Shown: positions 1 to 10,997, counted from the first letter of the stretch. The stretch is DNA of 64,000 bases from Candidatus Spongiisociaceae bacterium (GCA_965202665.1 OZ241841.1:992001-1056000); one strand, 5' to 3'. Numbers and translations: made by a program. The notes: generated by a model from the letters alone, not told the origin.

Positions 1-1
1 C

Positions 2-112
2 ATCTGCCCGCTAGTGGTAACCGCCCATCCCGACGATTACGAAAAACTGGCCGACGGGCTGCCCACCGCCATTCACCCCGATGGCTCCGTAACCCAGCGA
101 CCTGTTGCATAA
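2..112 (+). CDS. 3' end of an upstream gene (partial, function unknown)
   Basis: Open frame ICPLVVTAHPDDYEKLADGLPTAIHPDGSVTQRPVA* with host-like codon usage, stopping 7 bp before the next ATG. Confidence 0.5.
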   Translation: MCPLVVTAHPDDYEKLADGLPTAIHPDGSVTQRPVA

Positions 113-119
113 TAAGCGA

Positions 120-1265
120 ATGCGCATCACCCATCTCCGACTGGCCAACTGGCGCAACTTCAAAAGCGCCGATGTGGACCTGCAGAACCGGGTGTTTATC
201 GTCGGCCCCAACGCCTCCGGCAAATCCAATCTGTTGGACGCCCTCCGCTTCCTAAAGGAAACGGCCTCCGCCGGTTTTCAGCAGGCGGTAGGCAATCGGG
301 GCGGGCTGGCGCGCGTCCGTTGCCTGGCCGCCAGCAACTTCAACCATAGCCATGTAACAATCAAAGCAACCATCGGCGATGATAATCAACCTGATATGTG
401 GGAATACGAAATAACCTTTAAATCCGAGGGCAGAGGCCACCGTCGTCCGATACTGCATAAGGAACGCGTATCCCAAAACGGCAAAATCATCTTAGAACGT
501 CCCAACAAGCGAGACTTGAAAGATTCGGAGTTGCTCACCCAAACCCACTTAGAACACGTAAACACCAACGCAAAATTCCGCTCCATGGCCAAATTTCTGA
601 ATTCCGTCTCATACTTGCACCTAGTACCCCAGTTCGTTCGACATCCGGAACGAGTGGCGATAATGGACAACGATCCTTTTGGCACTGATCTTTTACGCCA
701 AATGGCTAAAACAAAGCCAAGAACTCGTGAAAAACAGCTACGCAACATCAACCAAGCTCTGAAAATAGCCTTACCACAACTGGACAATATGGAGCTGAAA
801 CAGGATGATATAGGTAAATGGCGCCTTCAAGAACGCTACGAGCACTGGCGCTCTCGTCCGGCGTTTCAGGATGAAAGGGATTTTTCAGACGGTACTCTCC
901 GATTGATTGGACTGCTTTGGGCATTACAGGGACAAAAAGGTCCTGTGTTGTTCGAAGAGCCGGAGCTGTCCCTGCATTCAGAAGTGGTTCGCTGGCTTCC
1001 CTCCCTCTTTCACTTAGTTCAGAAGGCAAGCGAACCCCAAGTAATACTCACCACTCATTCCCCCAATATGTTGGAGGATGAAGGAGTAAATACAAGAGAA
1101 GTAGTTCTGCTCCGACCGGGGACTGAGGGAACAAACGCTGTCACCACTGATACATTAGATCAGGTCAAGGAGGTAATAAATATGGGGTTTCCAATAGGCG
1201 ACTCCGTTATACCGCTTTCCAAACCCGAAACCCCCCACCGAATAGCACTAGAGTTCGCGCCTTGA
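120..1265 (+). CDS. AAA/ABC-type ATPase (AAA_21/RecF-SMC-like, often defence-associated)
   Basis: MRITHLRLANWRNFK start, Walker A GPNASGKS, signature FSDGT, Walker B LFEEPE, H-loop TTHS. Lower GC after the first ~250 bp. Confidence 0.85.
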   Translation: MRITHLRLANWRNFKSADVDLQNRVFIVGPNASGKSNLLDALRFLKETASAGFQQAVGNRGGLARVRCLAASNFNHSHVTIKATIGDDNQPDMWEYEITFKSEGRGHRRPILHKERVSQNGKIILERPNKRDLKDSELLTQTHLEHVNTNAKFRSMAKFLNSVSYLHLVPQFVRHPERVAIMDNDPFGTDLLRQMAKTKPRTREKQLRNINQALKIALPQLDNMELKQDDIGKWRLQERYEHWRSRPAFQDERDFSDGTLRLIGLLWALQGQKGPVLFEEPELSLHSEVVRWLPSLFHLVQKASEPQVILTTHSPNMLEDEGVNTREVVLLRPGTEGTNAVTTDTLDQVKEVINMGFPIGDSVIPLSKPETPHRIALEFAP

Positions 1266-1505
1266 CATACATCAGATACATCGTAGGGGCAGACGGGAAA
1301 CCGGACGGCGGATGGTAACCGGTTGAAACGGAAACGCCGGCGGCGGTCGTTCTACACGGATACCGAAAACCTGTTTCGTACCCGTCGGAACGAACATCCC
1401 AAAAAATTTGACCGCGACCCGGACGGATGGTTGCCCGACCGGAAACGGTGCGACTACATATCCGGTGGCCGCTCGCTGGTTGCGGGGCGAACCTCCCGTT
1501 TCCCG

Positions 1506-2027
1506 CTAGGAGGCGGAGGGGGGATGGAGGATGCGGGGTCCGGGCCAGGCGGGGGTTTCCAAACGACGGAGTTCCTGGTCGGAGAGGGCGGGGAGCAGGT
1601 CGGCTATACGGGTCCCGTCCGGGTGGCGGGCCTCCGGCCAGGCTTCCGCTAGGGGCTCGATTACGAACCGGCGGAGCCGGTAGCGGGGGTGGGGCACGGT
1701 GAGCCATTCCAAATCCACCCTCTCCTCCCCGTACAGGATCAGATCCAGATCCAGGGTTCTCGGCCCCCACCGCCCGTCCCGCACCCGTCCGAAGCGATCC
1801 TCGATGCCGTGCAACGCCCCCAGCAGGAAAAACGGGTCATATTCGGTATCCAAAACCGCCGCCGCGTTATAGAAGTCGTCCTGCTCCACCCCGCCCCAGG
1901 GCGCCGTCTGGTAGAGGGACGACAACCCCGCCGTCTCCCCCATCCCCCCCAGCTCCCGCACCGCCCCGCTCAGGTTGGCCGTCCGGTCGCCCATATTCGA
2001 CCCCAAAGAAACAACGGCCAGCGGCAT
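1506..2027 (-). CDS. folK: 2-amino-4-hydroxy-6-hydroxymethyldihydropteridine diphosphokinase
   Basis: SLGSNMGDR, SSLYQTAPWG, RWGPRTLDLDLILY, PHPR motifs; ATG at 2027 overlaps the folB stop. Confidence 0.95.
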   Translation of the reverse strand: MPLAVVSLGSNMGDRTANLSGAVRELGGMGETAGLSSLYQTAPWGGVEQDDFYNAAAVLDTEYDPFFLLGALHGIEDRFGRVRDGRWGPRTLDLDLILYGEERVDLEWLTVPHPRYRLRRFVIEPLAEAWPEARHPDGTRIADLLPALSDQELRRLETPAWPGPRILHPPSAS

Positions 2028-2407
2028 CAGGAAACGCCCGGCCGGGAGCGGGTTATGGAAACCGAGGCCTCGTCGAACGGCACAGGAATGGGGGCCTCCG
2101 GTTTGCGAACGGTCACCTCCACCCGCTCCGCCACCGGGTTTTCCAGCACCAGCTCCGCCACCCGTTGCGCCACCCGTTCGATGAGGTTCCAACGCTCCTC
2201 GGAAACCCGCTGATGAACGGCCAAAGCCAACCCCCCGTAATCCAGGGTGCGACTCAGATCATCGGCGGCCGCCGCCTGCGCCGTATCCAAGTGGACGGTT
2301 ACGTCGATCAGAAAATTTTGGCCCTGGGTTCGCTCCGACTCCAAAACCCCGTGATGGGCGAACACCCGCAGGCCGCGGATGGCGATCCTGTCCAAACCGC
2401 CTCTCAA
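2027..2407 (-). CDS. folB: Dihydroneopterin aldolase
   Basis: DRIAIRGLRVFAHHGV, DDLSRTLDYG, LIERVA, KPEAPI motifs. Confidence 0.95.
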   Translation of the reverse strand: MRGGLDRIAIRGLRVFAHHGVLESERTQGQNFLIDVTVHLDTAQAAAADDLSRTLDYGGLALAVHQRVSEERWNLIERVAQRVAELVLENPVAERVEVTVRKPEAPIPVPFDEASVSITRSRPGVS

Positions 2408-2892
2408 TCGTCGGGGGGGATCAGTTCCCGGGATTCGGGACCGAGCGGCCGGCCCAAGATCCCTTCGATGGCCCGGGCGGCGGCCATCTCATCCGGCACC
2501 AGCCCGGCGTATCTGATGTATCCGGCCAGCATCCCGGCCATGGTGCCGTCCACCGCCTCCTTGTGCACCAGCACCCGGGCTTCCGGTTCGGACAGGGCCT
2601 CGTGCAGGATGGGGAACACCCGCGCCACCGCCTCCTGATCGTATTCCAATTCCACCGGAGCGTGGTAAGCCAGCAACCCCGCCTCCCGGTACACCTCGAT
2701 GTTATGCACGCTGGGCAGCAACGACACCACCGACGTGAACCCTTTTTCCCGCAACCAGGCGATCTCCTCCCCCCGGCGCACCGGCCGGTGCTCGAAGCCG
2801 TGTCCGCCGATGCGGCTGGATACGGCCAGCCGCCCGGTTATCACCCACTTGAAATCACGCGGTTGCAGTCCTGTCGCCATCTTCGTCCTCAC
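2404..2892 (-). CDS. Protein-tyrosine/dual-specificity-phosphatase-fold protein with degenerate active site
   Basis: FKWVITGRLAVSSR..WLREKGFTSVVSLL..RVLVH pattern of DSP-like proteins; HCX5R is replaced by HKEAVDG. Overlaps folP and folB. Confidence 0.6.
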   Translation of the reverse strand: MRTKMATGLQPRDFKWVITGRLAVSSRIGGHGFEHRPVRRGEEIAWLREKGFTSVVSLLPSVHNIEVYREAGLLAYHAPVELEYDQEAVARVFPILHEALSEPEARVLVHKEAVDGTMAGMLAGYIRYAGLVPDEMAAARAIEGILGRPLGPESRELIPPDD

Positions 2893-3745
2893 CGCCGCGG
2901 GCCGTTTCGGATGCCCCTACCATAGCGCAGGCTACCGCGGCCGCGTCCGCCGCGTAGGCCGGATGGTGGGTGCGCACCACCGCCGCCCCGTTCATGACCG
3001 CCAAACCGGCCATCACCGCCGAGGCCGCGTCCCGCTCCCCCACCGCCCGTCCGGTGATTACGCCCAGAAACGACTTGCGGGAAACCCCCACTACCACCGG
3101 CGGCCCCACCGCGGCCAACTCCCCCAACCCGGCCAGCAACCGCAAGTTGTGGTCGGCGGTTTTCCCGAAACCGATCCCCGGGTCGATGGCCACCGCCCGG
3201 CGGTCCACCCCCGCCTCCACCGCCGCCTCGGTGCGGGCCCGTAGAAAATCCCGCACTTCGGCCACCACGTTCTTATAGCGGGGATTGCGTTGCATGGTGC
3301 GGGGGTCGCCTTGCATATGCATCAGCACCACCCCCGCCTCCGCTTCAGCGCACACCCGGGCCATGCCGTCCGCCCGCAGCGCCGTCACATCGTTCACCGC
3401 CGCCGCCCCCGCCTCCAGGCAAGCCTCCGCCACCCGCGGCCGGTAAGTGTCTATGGACACCACCGCCCCCGCCTGCGCCAACTCCCGCACCGCGTCCACC
3501 ACCCGTCGCAACTCTTCAGATTCGGGTATTTCAGCCGCCCCCGGACGGGTGGAAGCTCCGCCCACGTCGATCACATGGGCTCCTTCTTCCCGCAAGCGCA
3601 ACCCGTGGGCCACCGCCTGTTCGGTCTGGAAAAAACGCCCGCCGTCCGAAAAGGAGTCGGGGGTGATGTTGACCACTCCCATTATCAGAACCGGCGGTGC
3701 GGGTTGCGGAAGCCCGCCCCGCACCCGCCACGCCGGCCGGGTCAA
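2855..3745 (-). CDS. folP: Dihydropteroate synthase
   Basis: [45 protein letters not shown]; TTG start overlapping the folE stop is assumed. Confidence 0.95.
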   Translation of the reverse strand: MTRPAWRVRGGLPQPAPPVLIMGVVNITPDSFSDGGRFFQTEQAVAHGLRLREEGAHVIDVGGASTRPGAAEIPESEELRRVVDAVRELAQAGAVVSIDTYRPRVAEACLEAGAAAVNDVTALRADGMARVCAEAEAGVVLMHMQGDPRTMQRNPRYKNVVAEVRDFLRARTEAAVEAGVDRRAVAIDPGIGFGKTADHNLRLLAGLGELAAVGPPVVVGVSRKSFLGVITGRAVGERDAASAVMAGLAVMNGAAVVRTHHPAYAADAAAVACAMVGASETARGGEDEDGDRTATA

Positions 3746-4326
3746 ACGCGCCCTCCGGCGATCAGGGAGAAAGCCTCGGCCCGGGTGGCCGGGTTGGACT
3801 GGAACAGCCCCCGCACCGCCGAAGTCTGGGTGACCGCACCGGGCTTGCCCACCCCCCGCATTTCCATGCACAAATGCCGGGCCTCCACTACCACCAGCGC
3901 CCCGCGCGGCTGCAAGGTTTCCATCAACGCCTCCGCGGTCTGGGTGGTGAGCCGCTCCTGCATCTGCGGGCGGCGGGCGTAACCTTCCACCAGCCGGGCC
4001 AACTTGGACAGGCCGGTGACCGTCCCATCCGGCAAATAGGCGATGTGGGCCCGGCCGTAGAAGGGCAGAAAATGATGTTCGCACATTGAATAAAAGTTGA
4101 TGTCCCGCACCATGACCATCTCCTGATGGTCGTCTTCTATGAACACCCGGCGCAGATCCCGTCGGGGATCCCGGTCCAGTCCCTGGAAAATTTCGGCGTA
4201 CATCCGGGCCACCCGCTGCGGGGTTTCCGACAGGCCCTCCCGGTCGGGGTTTTCGCCGATGGCCCGCAGTATCAGGCGCATCGCCTCTTCGATGGCCGGC
4301 TGGTCGATAACCCGGGACGCCTCCAT
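3742..4326 (-). CDS. folE: GTP cyclohydrolase I
   Basis: [43 protein letters not shown]. Confidence 0.97.
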   Translation of the reverse strand: MEASRVIDQPAIEEAMRLILRAIGENPDREGLSETPQRVARMYAEIFQGLDRDPRRDLRRVFIEDDHQEMVMVRDINFYSMCEHHFLPFYGRAHIAYLPDGTVTGLSKLARLVEGYARRPQMQERLTTQTAEALMETLQPRGALVVVEARHLCMEMRGVGKPGAVTQTSAVRGLFQSNPATRAEAFSLIAGGRV

Positions 4327-4354
4327 CCCGCCCGCCGTCCCGGAAACCGCCGCC

Positions 4355-6340
4355 CTAACCCGGAGCAGGGGCGGGAGACGGGGAGGGGCCGGGGGGTGAC
4401 GGGGACGGGGACGGGGAAGCGGCGGGGGCGGCGGTTTGGGAGGCCGCGGCCTGTTCGGAGGCGGGGGCGCTCACCGGCGGGGCCTGTATGCGCTCCTCGC
4501 CTTCTTCGCTCATCTCCCATTTGTCCACGTCGTGGAAGACTTCCCCGATTTCCTCCGCCTGCAAGGTTTCCGCTTCCAGCAACCGTTCCGCCAGCCGGTG
4601 CAGGGCGTGGATGTGGGTGGTGAGAATGCGGTTGGCCTCGTCGTGGGCCTGGTTGAGCAGGGCCCGCACTTCGTCGTCGATGGCGGCCGCCACCTCGTCG
4701 GAATAGTCCTGCTGGCTGGAATAATCCCGGCCCAGGAAAACCTCGCCGTGCCCTTTCCCGTATTTCATCGGACCCAGGTTGTCGCTCATCCCGTATTCCA
4801 TCACCATCCGGCGGGCCATCTCGGTGGCTTTTTCGATGTCGTTGGAGGCTCCGGTGGTCGGATCGGCGAATATCAGCTCCTCGGCCGCCCTCCCCCCCAA
4901 AAGCATGGCCAACTGGTCGGTCAATTCGGAGCGGCGCATGTAGTTGCGGTCTTCGGTGGGCAGGGACAAGGTGTATCCGCCCGCCCGGCCGCGGGGAATG
5001 ATGGTCACCTTGTGGATGGGGTCGGCGTTGGGGAGGGCGTAGCCGACCAGGGCGTGCCCGCCTTCGTGGTAGGCGGTTACTTTCCGTTCCTGTTCGGTCA
5101 TCACCCGGCTTTTGCGCTCCGGGCCGGCGATCACCCGGTCGATGGCCTCTTCCAGTTCGGAACGCCCGATGCGGGCCTTGCTCCGCCGGGCCGCCAGCAA
5201 CGCCCCCTCGTTTATCAGGTTGGCTAAGTCGGCGCCGGTGAAACCGGGTGTGGAGCGGGCGATAACCTCCAAATCCACTTCTTCGTCCAACGGCTTGCCT
5301 TTGGCGTGCACGGCCAGAATCGCCGCCCGCCCTTTCAAGTCGGGACGGTCCACCACCACCTGCCGGTCGAACCGTCCGGGGCGGAGCAAAGCCGGGTCCA
5401 GAATGTCCGGCCGGTTGGTGCCGGCGATCACGATCACCCCGCTGGAAACATCGAACCCGTCCAGTTCCACCAGCAACTGGTTGAGCGTCTGCTCCCGTTC
5501 GTCGTGGCCGCCCCCCAGGCCCGCCCCCCGGTGGCGTCCCACCGCGTCGATCTCGTCGATGAACACGATGGCCGGAGCGGCCGATTTGGCCTGCTCGAAC
5601 AAGTCCCGCACCCGGCTGGCCCCCACGCCGACGAACATTTCCACGAAATCCGAACCGGAGATGGAAAAGAAGGGCACCCCGGCTTCCCCGGCCACCGCCC
5701 GGGCCAGCAGGGTTTTGCCGGTGCCCGGCGAGCCGTACAGCAACACCCCTTTGGGTATCTTGGCCCCCATCTGCCGGAACTTGTCCGGCGACTCCAGGAA
5801 CTCCTTTATCTCCCCCAGCTCTTCTATGGCCTCCTCCAAGCCGGCCACGTCCTCGAAGGTGACTTTGGGCTGGTCTTTCTGCACCTGCTTGGCTTTGGCT
5901 TTGCCGAACTGCATGATGCGGCTGCCTCCCCCCTGCATCTGCATGAAGATGAAAATCATGAATCCGATGATCACCAGCCAGGGGAGGAAACTGAGGAAGA
6001 AATCCCAGAAAGTGGGCGGCTCGGCGTCGGTGGTCACCTCCACCCCGTTGTCCAACAGCAACCTGGTCAGCTCATCCCCGTATTCCGCCGGGTAGAGCAC
6101 GCGGAAGTTGGGGGCTATCCCCACCGGGGCTATCTCCCCTTCACGCAGGGACCCCTCCACCGCATGGGAACGTTCCAGCAGGGTGACTTCGGCCACCACC
6201 CCGCTCCGCACCGCTGTTTCGAACACGGTCAGATCGGTTTCCTCGAATTGGTTGGAGGAACCGAAGAAACGTTGACCCATCAGCACCAGTATCAAAATGG
6301 CCAAGCCGTAGATGATGATGGTGCGTGCCGTTCTTTTCAT
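4355..6340 (-). CDS. ftsH: ATP-dependent zinc metalloprotease FtsH
   Basis: Two N-terminal TM segments, [19 protein letters not shown] zinc motif. Confidence 0.98.
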   Translation of the reverse strand: MKRTARTIIIYGLAILILVLMGQRFFGSSNQFEETDLTVFETAVRSGVVAEVTLLERSHAVEGSLREGEIAPVGIAPNFRVLYPAEYGDELTRLLLDNGVEVTTDAEPPTFWDFFLSFLPWLVIIGFMIFIFMQMQGGGSRIMQFGKAKAKQVQKDQPKVTFEDVAGLEEAIEELGEIKEFLESPDKFRQMGAKIPKGVLLYGSPGTGKTLLARAVAGEAGVPFFSISGSDFVEMFVGVGASRVRDLFEQAKSAAPAIVFIDEIDAVGRHRGAGLGGGHDEREQTLNQLLVELDGFDVSSGVIVIAGTNRPDILDPALLRPGRFDRQVVVDRPDLKGRAAILAVHAKGKPLDEEVDLEVIARSTPGFTGADLANLINEGALLAARRSKARIGRSELEEAIDRVIAGPERKSRVMTEQERKVTAYHEGGHALVGYALPNADPIHKVTIIPRGRAGGYTLSLPTEDRNYMRRSELTDQLAMLLGGRAAEELIFADPTTGASNDIEKATEMARRMVMEYGMSDNLGPMKYGKGHGEVFLGRDYSSQQDYSDEVAAAIDDEVRALLNQAHDEANRILTTHIHALHRLAERLLEAETLQAEEIGEVFHDVDKWEMSEEGEERIQAPPVSAPASEQAAASQTAAPAASPSPSPSPPGPSPSPAPAPG

Positions 6341-6475
6341 TTCTTCCTTTGCCTATTCTACCCGGATGCGCCGGCGCCCGTAGCCCATATGCTACGACCT
6401 GGTCGAATTTAACGCCCACCGCGCCGGGCCGCGTCGGGCCGCCGCCTCCCAGGTTACCACATCCCGCTACCTGCG

Positions 6476-6994
6476 CTACTCCTGCATCACCCCCACATAA
6501 GGGAGGTGGCGGTATTTCTGGGCGTAATCCAAGCCGTAGCCGATCACGAACTCGGGGGCGATGGTGAAGGCCAGGTAGCGCACGTCGATGGGCTGTTGCT
6601 GCATCCCCTCCTTAAGCAGGAAGGCCGCCAACTCCAACGAGGCCGGTTGGCGCACCCGTAGCATTTTCAGCAGATAACGCAGGGTAAGCCCGGTGTCCAC
6701 GATGTCCTCCACCAGCAGCACATGCCGTCCGGCGATTTCGGTATCCAAGTCTTTTAGGATGCGAACCACTCCCGAAGAGGTGGTTTCATCGCCGTATGAG
6801 GAGGTGGCTATGAAATCGAACTGCACCGGCAACCGGATGTTGCGGGCCAAATCGGCCATGGTGATGAACCCGCCTTTCAGAACCCCCACCATCAGCAACT
6901 CCTTGCCCTGGTAGTCGCGGGTTATCCGCCGGCCCATCTCCCGCAACCGGGAACGTATCTCCCGTTCGTTAATCAGTACGCGACCGACTTCCAC
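6476..6994 (-). CDS. hpt: Hypoxanthine phosphoribosyltransferase
   Basis: VGVLKGG, VLLVEDIVDTGLT, FVIGYGLDY; GTG at 6994 follows GGAGGA. Confidence 0.95.
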   Translation of the reverse strand: MEVGRVLINEREIRSRLREMGRRITRDYQGKELLMVGVLKGGFITMADLARNIRLPVQFDFIATSSYGDETTSSGVVRILKDLDTEIAGRHVLLVEDIVDTGLTLRYLLKMLRVRQPASLELAAFLLKEGMQQQPIDVRYLAFTIAPEFVIGYGLDYAQKYRHLPYVGVMQE

Positions 6995-8328
6995 TGTTCC
7001 TCCCGCACCGCCCGCACCTCCAAATACCCGTCGTCCCCTTCCCCCACCCAACCATAGTCGGCCCGCCGGGCGCCCGGAACCCACACCGCCCGCCCCCCCA
7101 CTTCCAGGACCGGCCACCGGCTCCGCAACGGGGCGGGGACGCCGGCCTCGGACAACGCCTGCCGGGCCGTCTTATGCCCGCCGCCGGCGGCGAGACGGTC
7201 GTCCGCCGCCGCCGCCCGAATGAGGGCCGGGCCGTCCGCCGGGCTGCGCAGGGAAAAAATCTGGCTCCAGGGGGACAGGGGGAAAACCCGCGCCGGCCCG
7301 CTCCACAGGCGCCCCCGCCAGGTCCACTCCCCCCACCGCGCCGTCCCTTCCCATTCCCAAACGGCGGGCGGCGGGACACGCTCCCCCGCCTCCCCCGGCG
7401 GGGAGATCGCCAAATAAACCCCCCGCCGCTCCGCCCGCCGCCCGCCGGTCAACTCCGCCGCCGGGCCGCCCCGGGCGGCGGCCAGGGCGGCCGCCGCGTC
7501 CCGCCGCGTCCCCGGGTAACCGCCGCCCGTTTCCCTCAACCCCCGGCGCACCGCGCGAACCGCCAGGGCCTCCGGGAGGGTGCGCAGAACCCCCAGCGGC
7601 ATCCGCACCGCCCGCCCGTCGCTTTCCACCGGCGCCGCCCCGGCCGCCTCCTCCAAAAAATCAATGTCGGGCCCGGCCGCTTCCGCCAGGTCGGCCAAGC
7701 GGTCGGTCAGGTTGGGCGACAGGGAACCCTCCCAGGCGGCCATGGCGGAGCGGATTCTCACCCGCCGGTAACGTTGTTCTTCGTTGGCCGGGTCATCGAC
7801 GAAAGGCAGCGACAGCAACTGGGCCAACTCCCGTATGCGGGAGCGGCTCATGTCCAACAGGGGCCGTACCAGCCACCCCCGCCGGCGCCGGATGCCGCGC
7901 AACCCGTCCAGTCCGGTTCCCCACATCAGATTGCCCAGCACGGTTTCGGCCTGGTCGGTGCGGGTGTGCCCGGTGGCCACCGCCTCCGCCGGGCGGCGCA
8001 TCTCCCCCAAGGCCCGATAGCGGTCGACGCGGGCCGACTCTTCCGGGGAACCGGGCCCCTCCGCCTCCACCCGGCGGATCTCCATCTCCAAACCCAGCCG
8101 GTCGGCCACCGCGGCCGCGGCCCGCTCCATTCGATCCGAGGCGGGCCACCCGTGATGAACGTGGGCCGCCCGGCAGTCCATCCCGGCCCGCAGCGCCGCC
8201 CAAGCCAAAACGGCGCTGTCCGCCCCCCCGCTCAACGCGGCCAGCACCGGTTGCGGGGGGCGCACCGTCCGTTCCACGCCGGCTACGGCCTCCCCGGCCA
8301 GGCTTCTCAGGCGACGCGAGCCAGCCAT
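6973..8328 (-). CDS. tilS: tRNA(Ile)-lysidine synthetase
   Basis: PP-loop SGGADS, GHTRTDQAET, RPLL; conserved tilS-hpt-ftsH order. Confidence 0.93.
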   Translation of the reverse strand: MAGSRRLRSLAGEAVAGVERTVRPPQPVLAALSGGADSAVLAWAALRAGMDCRAAHVHHGWPASDRMERAAAAVADRLGLEMEIRRVEAEGPGSPEESARVDRYRALGEMRRPAEAVATGHTRTDQAETVLGNLMWGTGLDGLRGIRRRRGWLVRPLLDMSRSRIRELAQLLSLPFVDDPANEEQRYRRVRIRSAMAAWEGSLSPNLTDRLADLAEAAGPDIDFLEEAAGAAPVESDGRAVRMPLGVLRTLPEALAVRAVRRGLRETGGGYPGTRRDAAAALAAARGGPAAELTGGRRAERRGVYLAISPPGEAGERVPPPAVWEWEGTARWGEWTWRGRLWSGPARVFPLSPWSQIFSLRSPADGPALIRAAAADDRLAAGGGHKTARQALSEAGVPAPLRSRWPVLEVGGRAVWVPGARRADYGWVGEGDDGYLEVRAVREEQWKSVAY

Positions 8329-9386
8329 CGGTCGGGGTCCTCTATTTCCTCCAAGGTGGGCAGGGTCTGCGCCGACTCCCACGCCCGGCCCACCGCATCC
8401 CACCCGGCCCGCCGCTCGATGTGGGAGATGAAAGCGGCCCCGGTCTCATACTGTTTGAGTTTCATCTCCAAGCCGGCCAAACGCAACAGCAGGCCCAGCC
8501 GTTGCTCCCGCCGCCGGTTGGACAAAAGGCGGGACATCCGTTCGCTGCTCACCAGGCAACGGGCCCCGATCCGGTCCATAACGGCGTGGCCGTGCCCCTC
8601 CAACAGGGACATCAGGGCTTGTATCCGGTTCAGTACTTCCCGTTGCCGGGGGCCGGCCAGCAGGCCGGGCAGCCCCGCTTCGTCCAGAACGGGACGTCCC
8701 TCGGCCAAGGCCCTCCGTATTCCGGAAACCAAATTGAGCAACTGCGACTCGTCCGCCAGAAACAGGGAGGAGGCCTCTTGCACCATCCCTATGAAGTAGG
8801 ACCGCAGCCAGGGGACGCCGGTGAACTGCAGCCGGTGGGCGGACTCGTGCAGGCAGACCCAAAATCGGAACTCGTCGGGGCGGAACTGACGGCGCCGTTC
8901 CATTTCCAAAATGTTGGGGGCCACCAGGCAGATGGAGTCGCCGTCGCCGGAGGGGAGCACCAGTTCGTACTGTCCCAACACCCGCCGGGACAGCAAACCC
9001 AGCACCGCCCCCGTCTCCAACATCATCAGCCGTTTGGCTATCGAACCCGACGCCCCGTACCCGTCCAGACGGCTTTCCGCTTCTTTATACAGGGGGGAAA
9101 GCAAACGGGAGTAATGGGCCAGGCTGCGCTCCACCCATCCCGCGCGATCCACCACCGCCGCCCGCAAACCGTCGGCGGCGGGCAACCCGGTTTCCTCCGC
9201 CGCCATCCGGTGGGCCCGCTCCATCATCTGCGACGCATCCCGCTCCAAAACCGCCCGATGATAGGAGTCCCCCCAACGGCCGGCGGCGGCCGCCCCGCTG
9301 GTGCGCGCCGCGGTCCGGGCGGCCAGCTCCCAGTCCCAACTCTCGAACGTCGTCCCGGCGTCCGGCCCGTCCGGCGGCGGGGTCAC
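8307..9386 (-). CDS. Zinc-dependent metalloprotease (DUF2342/F420-biosynthesis-associated family)
   Basis: RVLGQYE, LVAPNI, FRFWVCLHESAHRLQF, LMSLLEGHG; this family usually lies upstream of tilS in Actinobacteria. Confidence 0.85.
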   Translation of the reverse strand: MTPPPDGPDAGTTFESWDWELAARTAARTSGAAAAGRWGDSYHRAVLERDASQMMERAHRMAAEETGLPAADGLRAAVVDRAGWVERSLAHYSRLLSPLYKEAESRLDGYGASGSIAKRLMMLETGAVLGLLSRRVLGQYELVLPSGDGDSICLVAPNILEMERRRQFRPDEFRFWVCLHESAHRLQFTGVPWLRSYFIGMVQEASSLFLADESQLLNLVSGIRRALAEGRPVLDEAGLPGLLAGPRQREVLNRIQALMSLLEGHGHAVMDRIGARCLVSSERMSRLLSNRRREQRLGLLLRLAGLEMKLKQYETGAAFISHIERRAGWDAVGRAWESAQTLPTLEEIEDPDRWLARVA

Positions 9387-9691
9387 TTGATGACCCGGTA
9401 ACGGTTCCTCGTCACCCGGACAAAGTACATGATGATGGCCCCCACCACCGCCGCCGTGCCCAATACGACCGTGGCCGGCACCAGGAACCGGTAGGACCAT
9501 TCCGGATCAGGCTGGCTGGGGGCGTCGTCCGGGACGGGGATGGCCGGTTCGGGGACCGACGGCACGGTCGTTTCAGCGGCCGCCCCTCCCCCCTCCTCGG
9601 CCTCCTGTCCCAAGGCCGCCCCGGCGACCAGGGCCGTCGCCAAAAGCAACATCAACCCGGCGAGCAAAGAGCGGGCGGTAATAACATGCAT
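9383..9691 (-). CDS. Small exported protein with signal peptide and C-terminal membrane anchor
   Basis: Hydrophobic N-terminus, acidic/Pro-rich middle, TM helix followed by a basic tail; stop overlaps the next start. Confidence 0.65.
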   Translation of the reverse strand: MHVITARSLLAGLMLLLATALVAGAALGQEAEEGGGAAAETTVPSVPEPAIPVPDDAPSQPDPEWSYRFLVPATVVLGTAAVVGAIIMYFVRVTRNRYRVIK

Positions 9692-9779
9692 GTCCCGAAT
9701 TATAACAACTCTCTCCCCGGGGCGGCGACCCGGAGAACGAAGGGGGCGGTCGCCCGCACCGTAAATTCGGCTTTTGGTC

Positions 9780-9808
9780 TTGACAGGGGGGCGGGGCGTC
9801 TCTAAAGT
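9780..9808 (+). promoter_or_regulatory. Sigma70-type promoter of the inositol ABC operon
   Basis: TTGACA (9780-9785), 17-bp spacer, TAAAGT (9803-9808). Confidence 0.7.
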
Positions 9809-9895
9809 GGTGGTTTCATCCCAAGGCGAGGCGGAGTTCTTGGAGGTTTCCGGCGCGCGTCTCAGCTTGGGAAAAGAGGCGAGCAAAGGAGAACC

Positions 9896-10939
9896 ATGAA
9901 ACAACTACGCCTGCTGTCCCTAGTGGCGGTAATGGCCCTGGTATTCGCGGCGTGCGGAGGCGACTCCGCCGACGACACTACTACCACGGCGGCCGCCGCC
10001 GCACCCGAAACGACGGCCCAGGCCACCACCGAGGCTACCGAGGCCCCCACCACCGTCGACCCCGTGCAAGGGGACATGGACCTGACCTTCCATATGGTCA
10101 CCCATGCCGACGACGGCGTGTTCTGGTCGGTGGTGAAGCGGGGCGCCGAAGCGGCGGCCCAAGCGTTGGGCGTGGAGATGATTTGGAACCCGTCCAACAA
10201 CGATCCGGAGCGCCAGGTGCAGGATGTGGCGGCGGCGGTGTCCGCCCAGTCGGACGGCATCGGCGTTTCGCTGGCCAACCCGACGGCCCTGGGTCCGGCG
10301 GTGAAAGCCGCCACCGACGCCGGCATTCCGGCCATCACCCTCAACTCGGGCGCCAACGATTACCAAGAGCTGGGAGCCATCACCCACGTCGGCCAGACCG
10401 AAGTGGTTGCCGGCAATGGCGCGGGCCTGCGCTTTAACGAGCTCGGAGCCACCAAGGTCATGTGCGCCCAGCAGGAGCAGGGCAATGTGGGCTTGGAAGA
10501 GCGTTGCCAGGGCCTAGAAGCCACCTTCAACGGCGAAGTGGTGAGCCAGTTCGTGGGCTTGGACTCCAGCCCGGAGGAGCAGATCAACAACATCTCCGCC
10601 GTTTTGCAAGCCGACTCCGAAATCGACGGCGTGCTCGGCGTCGGCCCCAACGTCGCGGTGCGGGCGGTGGAAGCCGGAACGCAGGCGGGACGCGAACTCT
10701 ACATCGGCGGGTTCGACATCTCCTCGGACCTGATCGCCGAGATCGAGCAAGGGAACATTCACTTCACGGTGGACCAGCAGCAGTACCTGCAGGGTTACCT
10801 GACCATCGTGTTCCTCTACCTGAACGCCACCAACCTGAACACCGTGGGCGGCGGCTTGCCGGTCCTTACCGGACCCGGTTTTGTCACCACCGACAACGTG
10901 GCCGATGTGAAGCGGCTGGTGGATGAGGGAACCCGCTAA
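9896..10939 (+). CDS. Sugar (probably inositol) ABC transporter substrate-binding lipoprotein
   Basis: Lipobox FAAC, FWSVVKRGAEAA, VDQQQYLQGY; adjacent iol genes. Confidence 0.9.
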   Translation: MKQLRLLSLVAVMALVFAACGGDSADDTTTTAAAAAPETTAQATTEATEAPTTVDPVQGDMDLTFHMVTHADDGVFWSVVKRGAEAAAQALGVEMIWNPSNNDPERQVQDVAAAVSAQSDGIGVSLANPTALGPAVKAATDAGIPAITLNSGANDYQELGAITHVGQTEVVAGNGAGLRFNELGATKVMCAQQEQGNVGLEERCQGLEATFNGEVVSQFVGLDSSPEEQINNISAVLQADSEIDGVLGVGPNVAVRAVEAGTQAGRELYIGGFDISSDLIAEIEQGNIHFTVDQQQYLQGYLTIVFLYLNATNLNTVGGGLPVLTGPGFVTTDNVADVKRLVDEGTR

Positions 10940-10961
10940 ACCCATCCGCTCCAGACGAACC

Positions 10962-10997
10962 AAAGACGGGGCCGCTCCGGCGGCCCCGTCTTTTTTT
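10962..10997 (+). terminator. Intrinsic terminator
   Basis: AAAGACGGGGCCG-CTCCGG-CGGCCCCGTC followed by a T7 tract. Confidence 0.85.
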
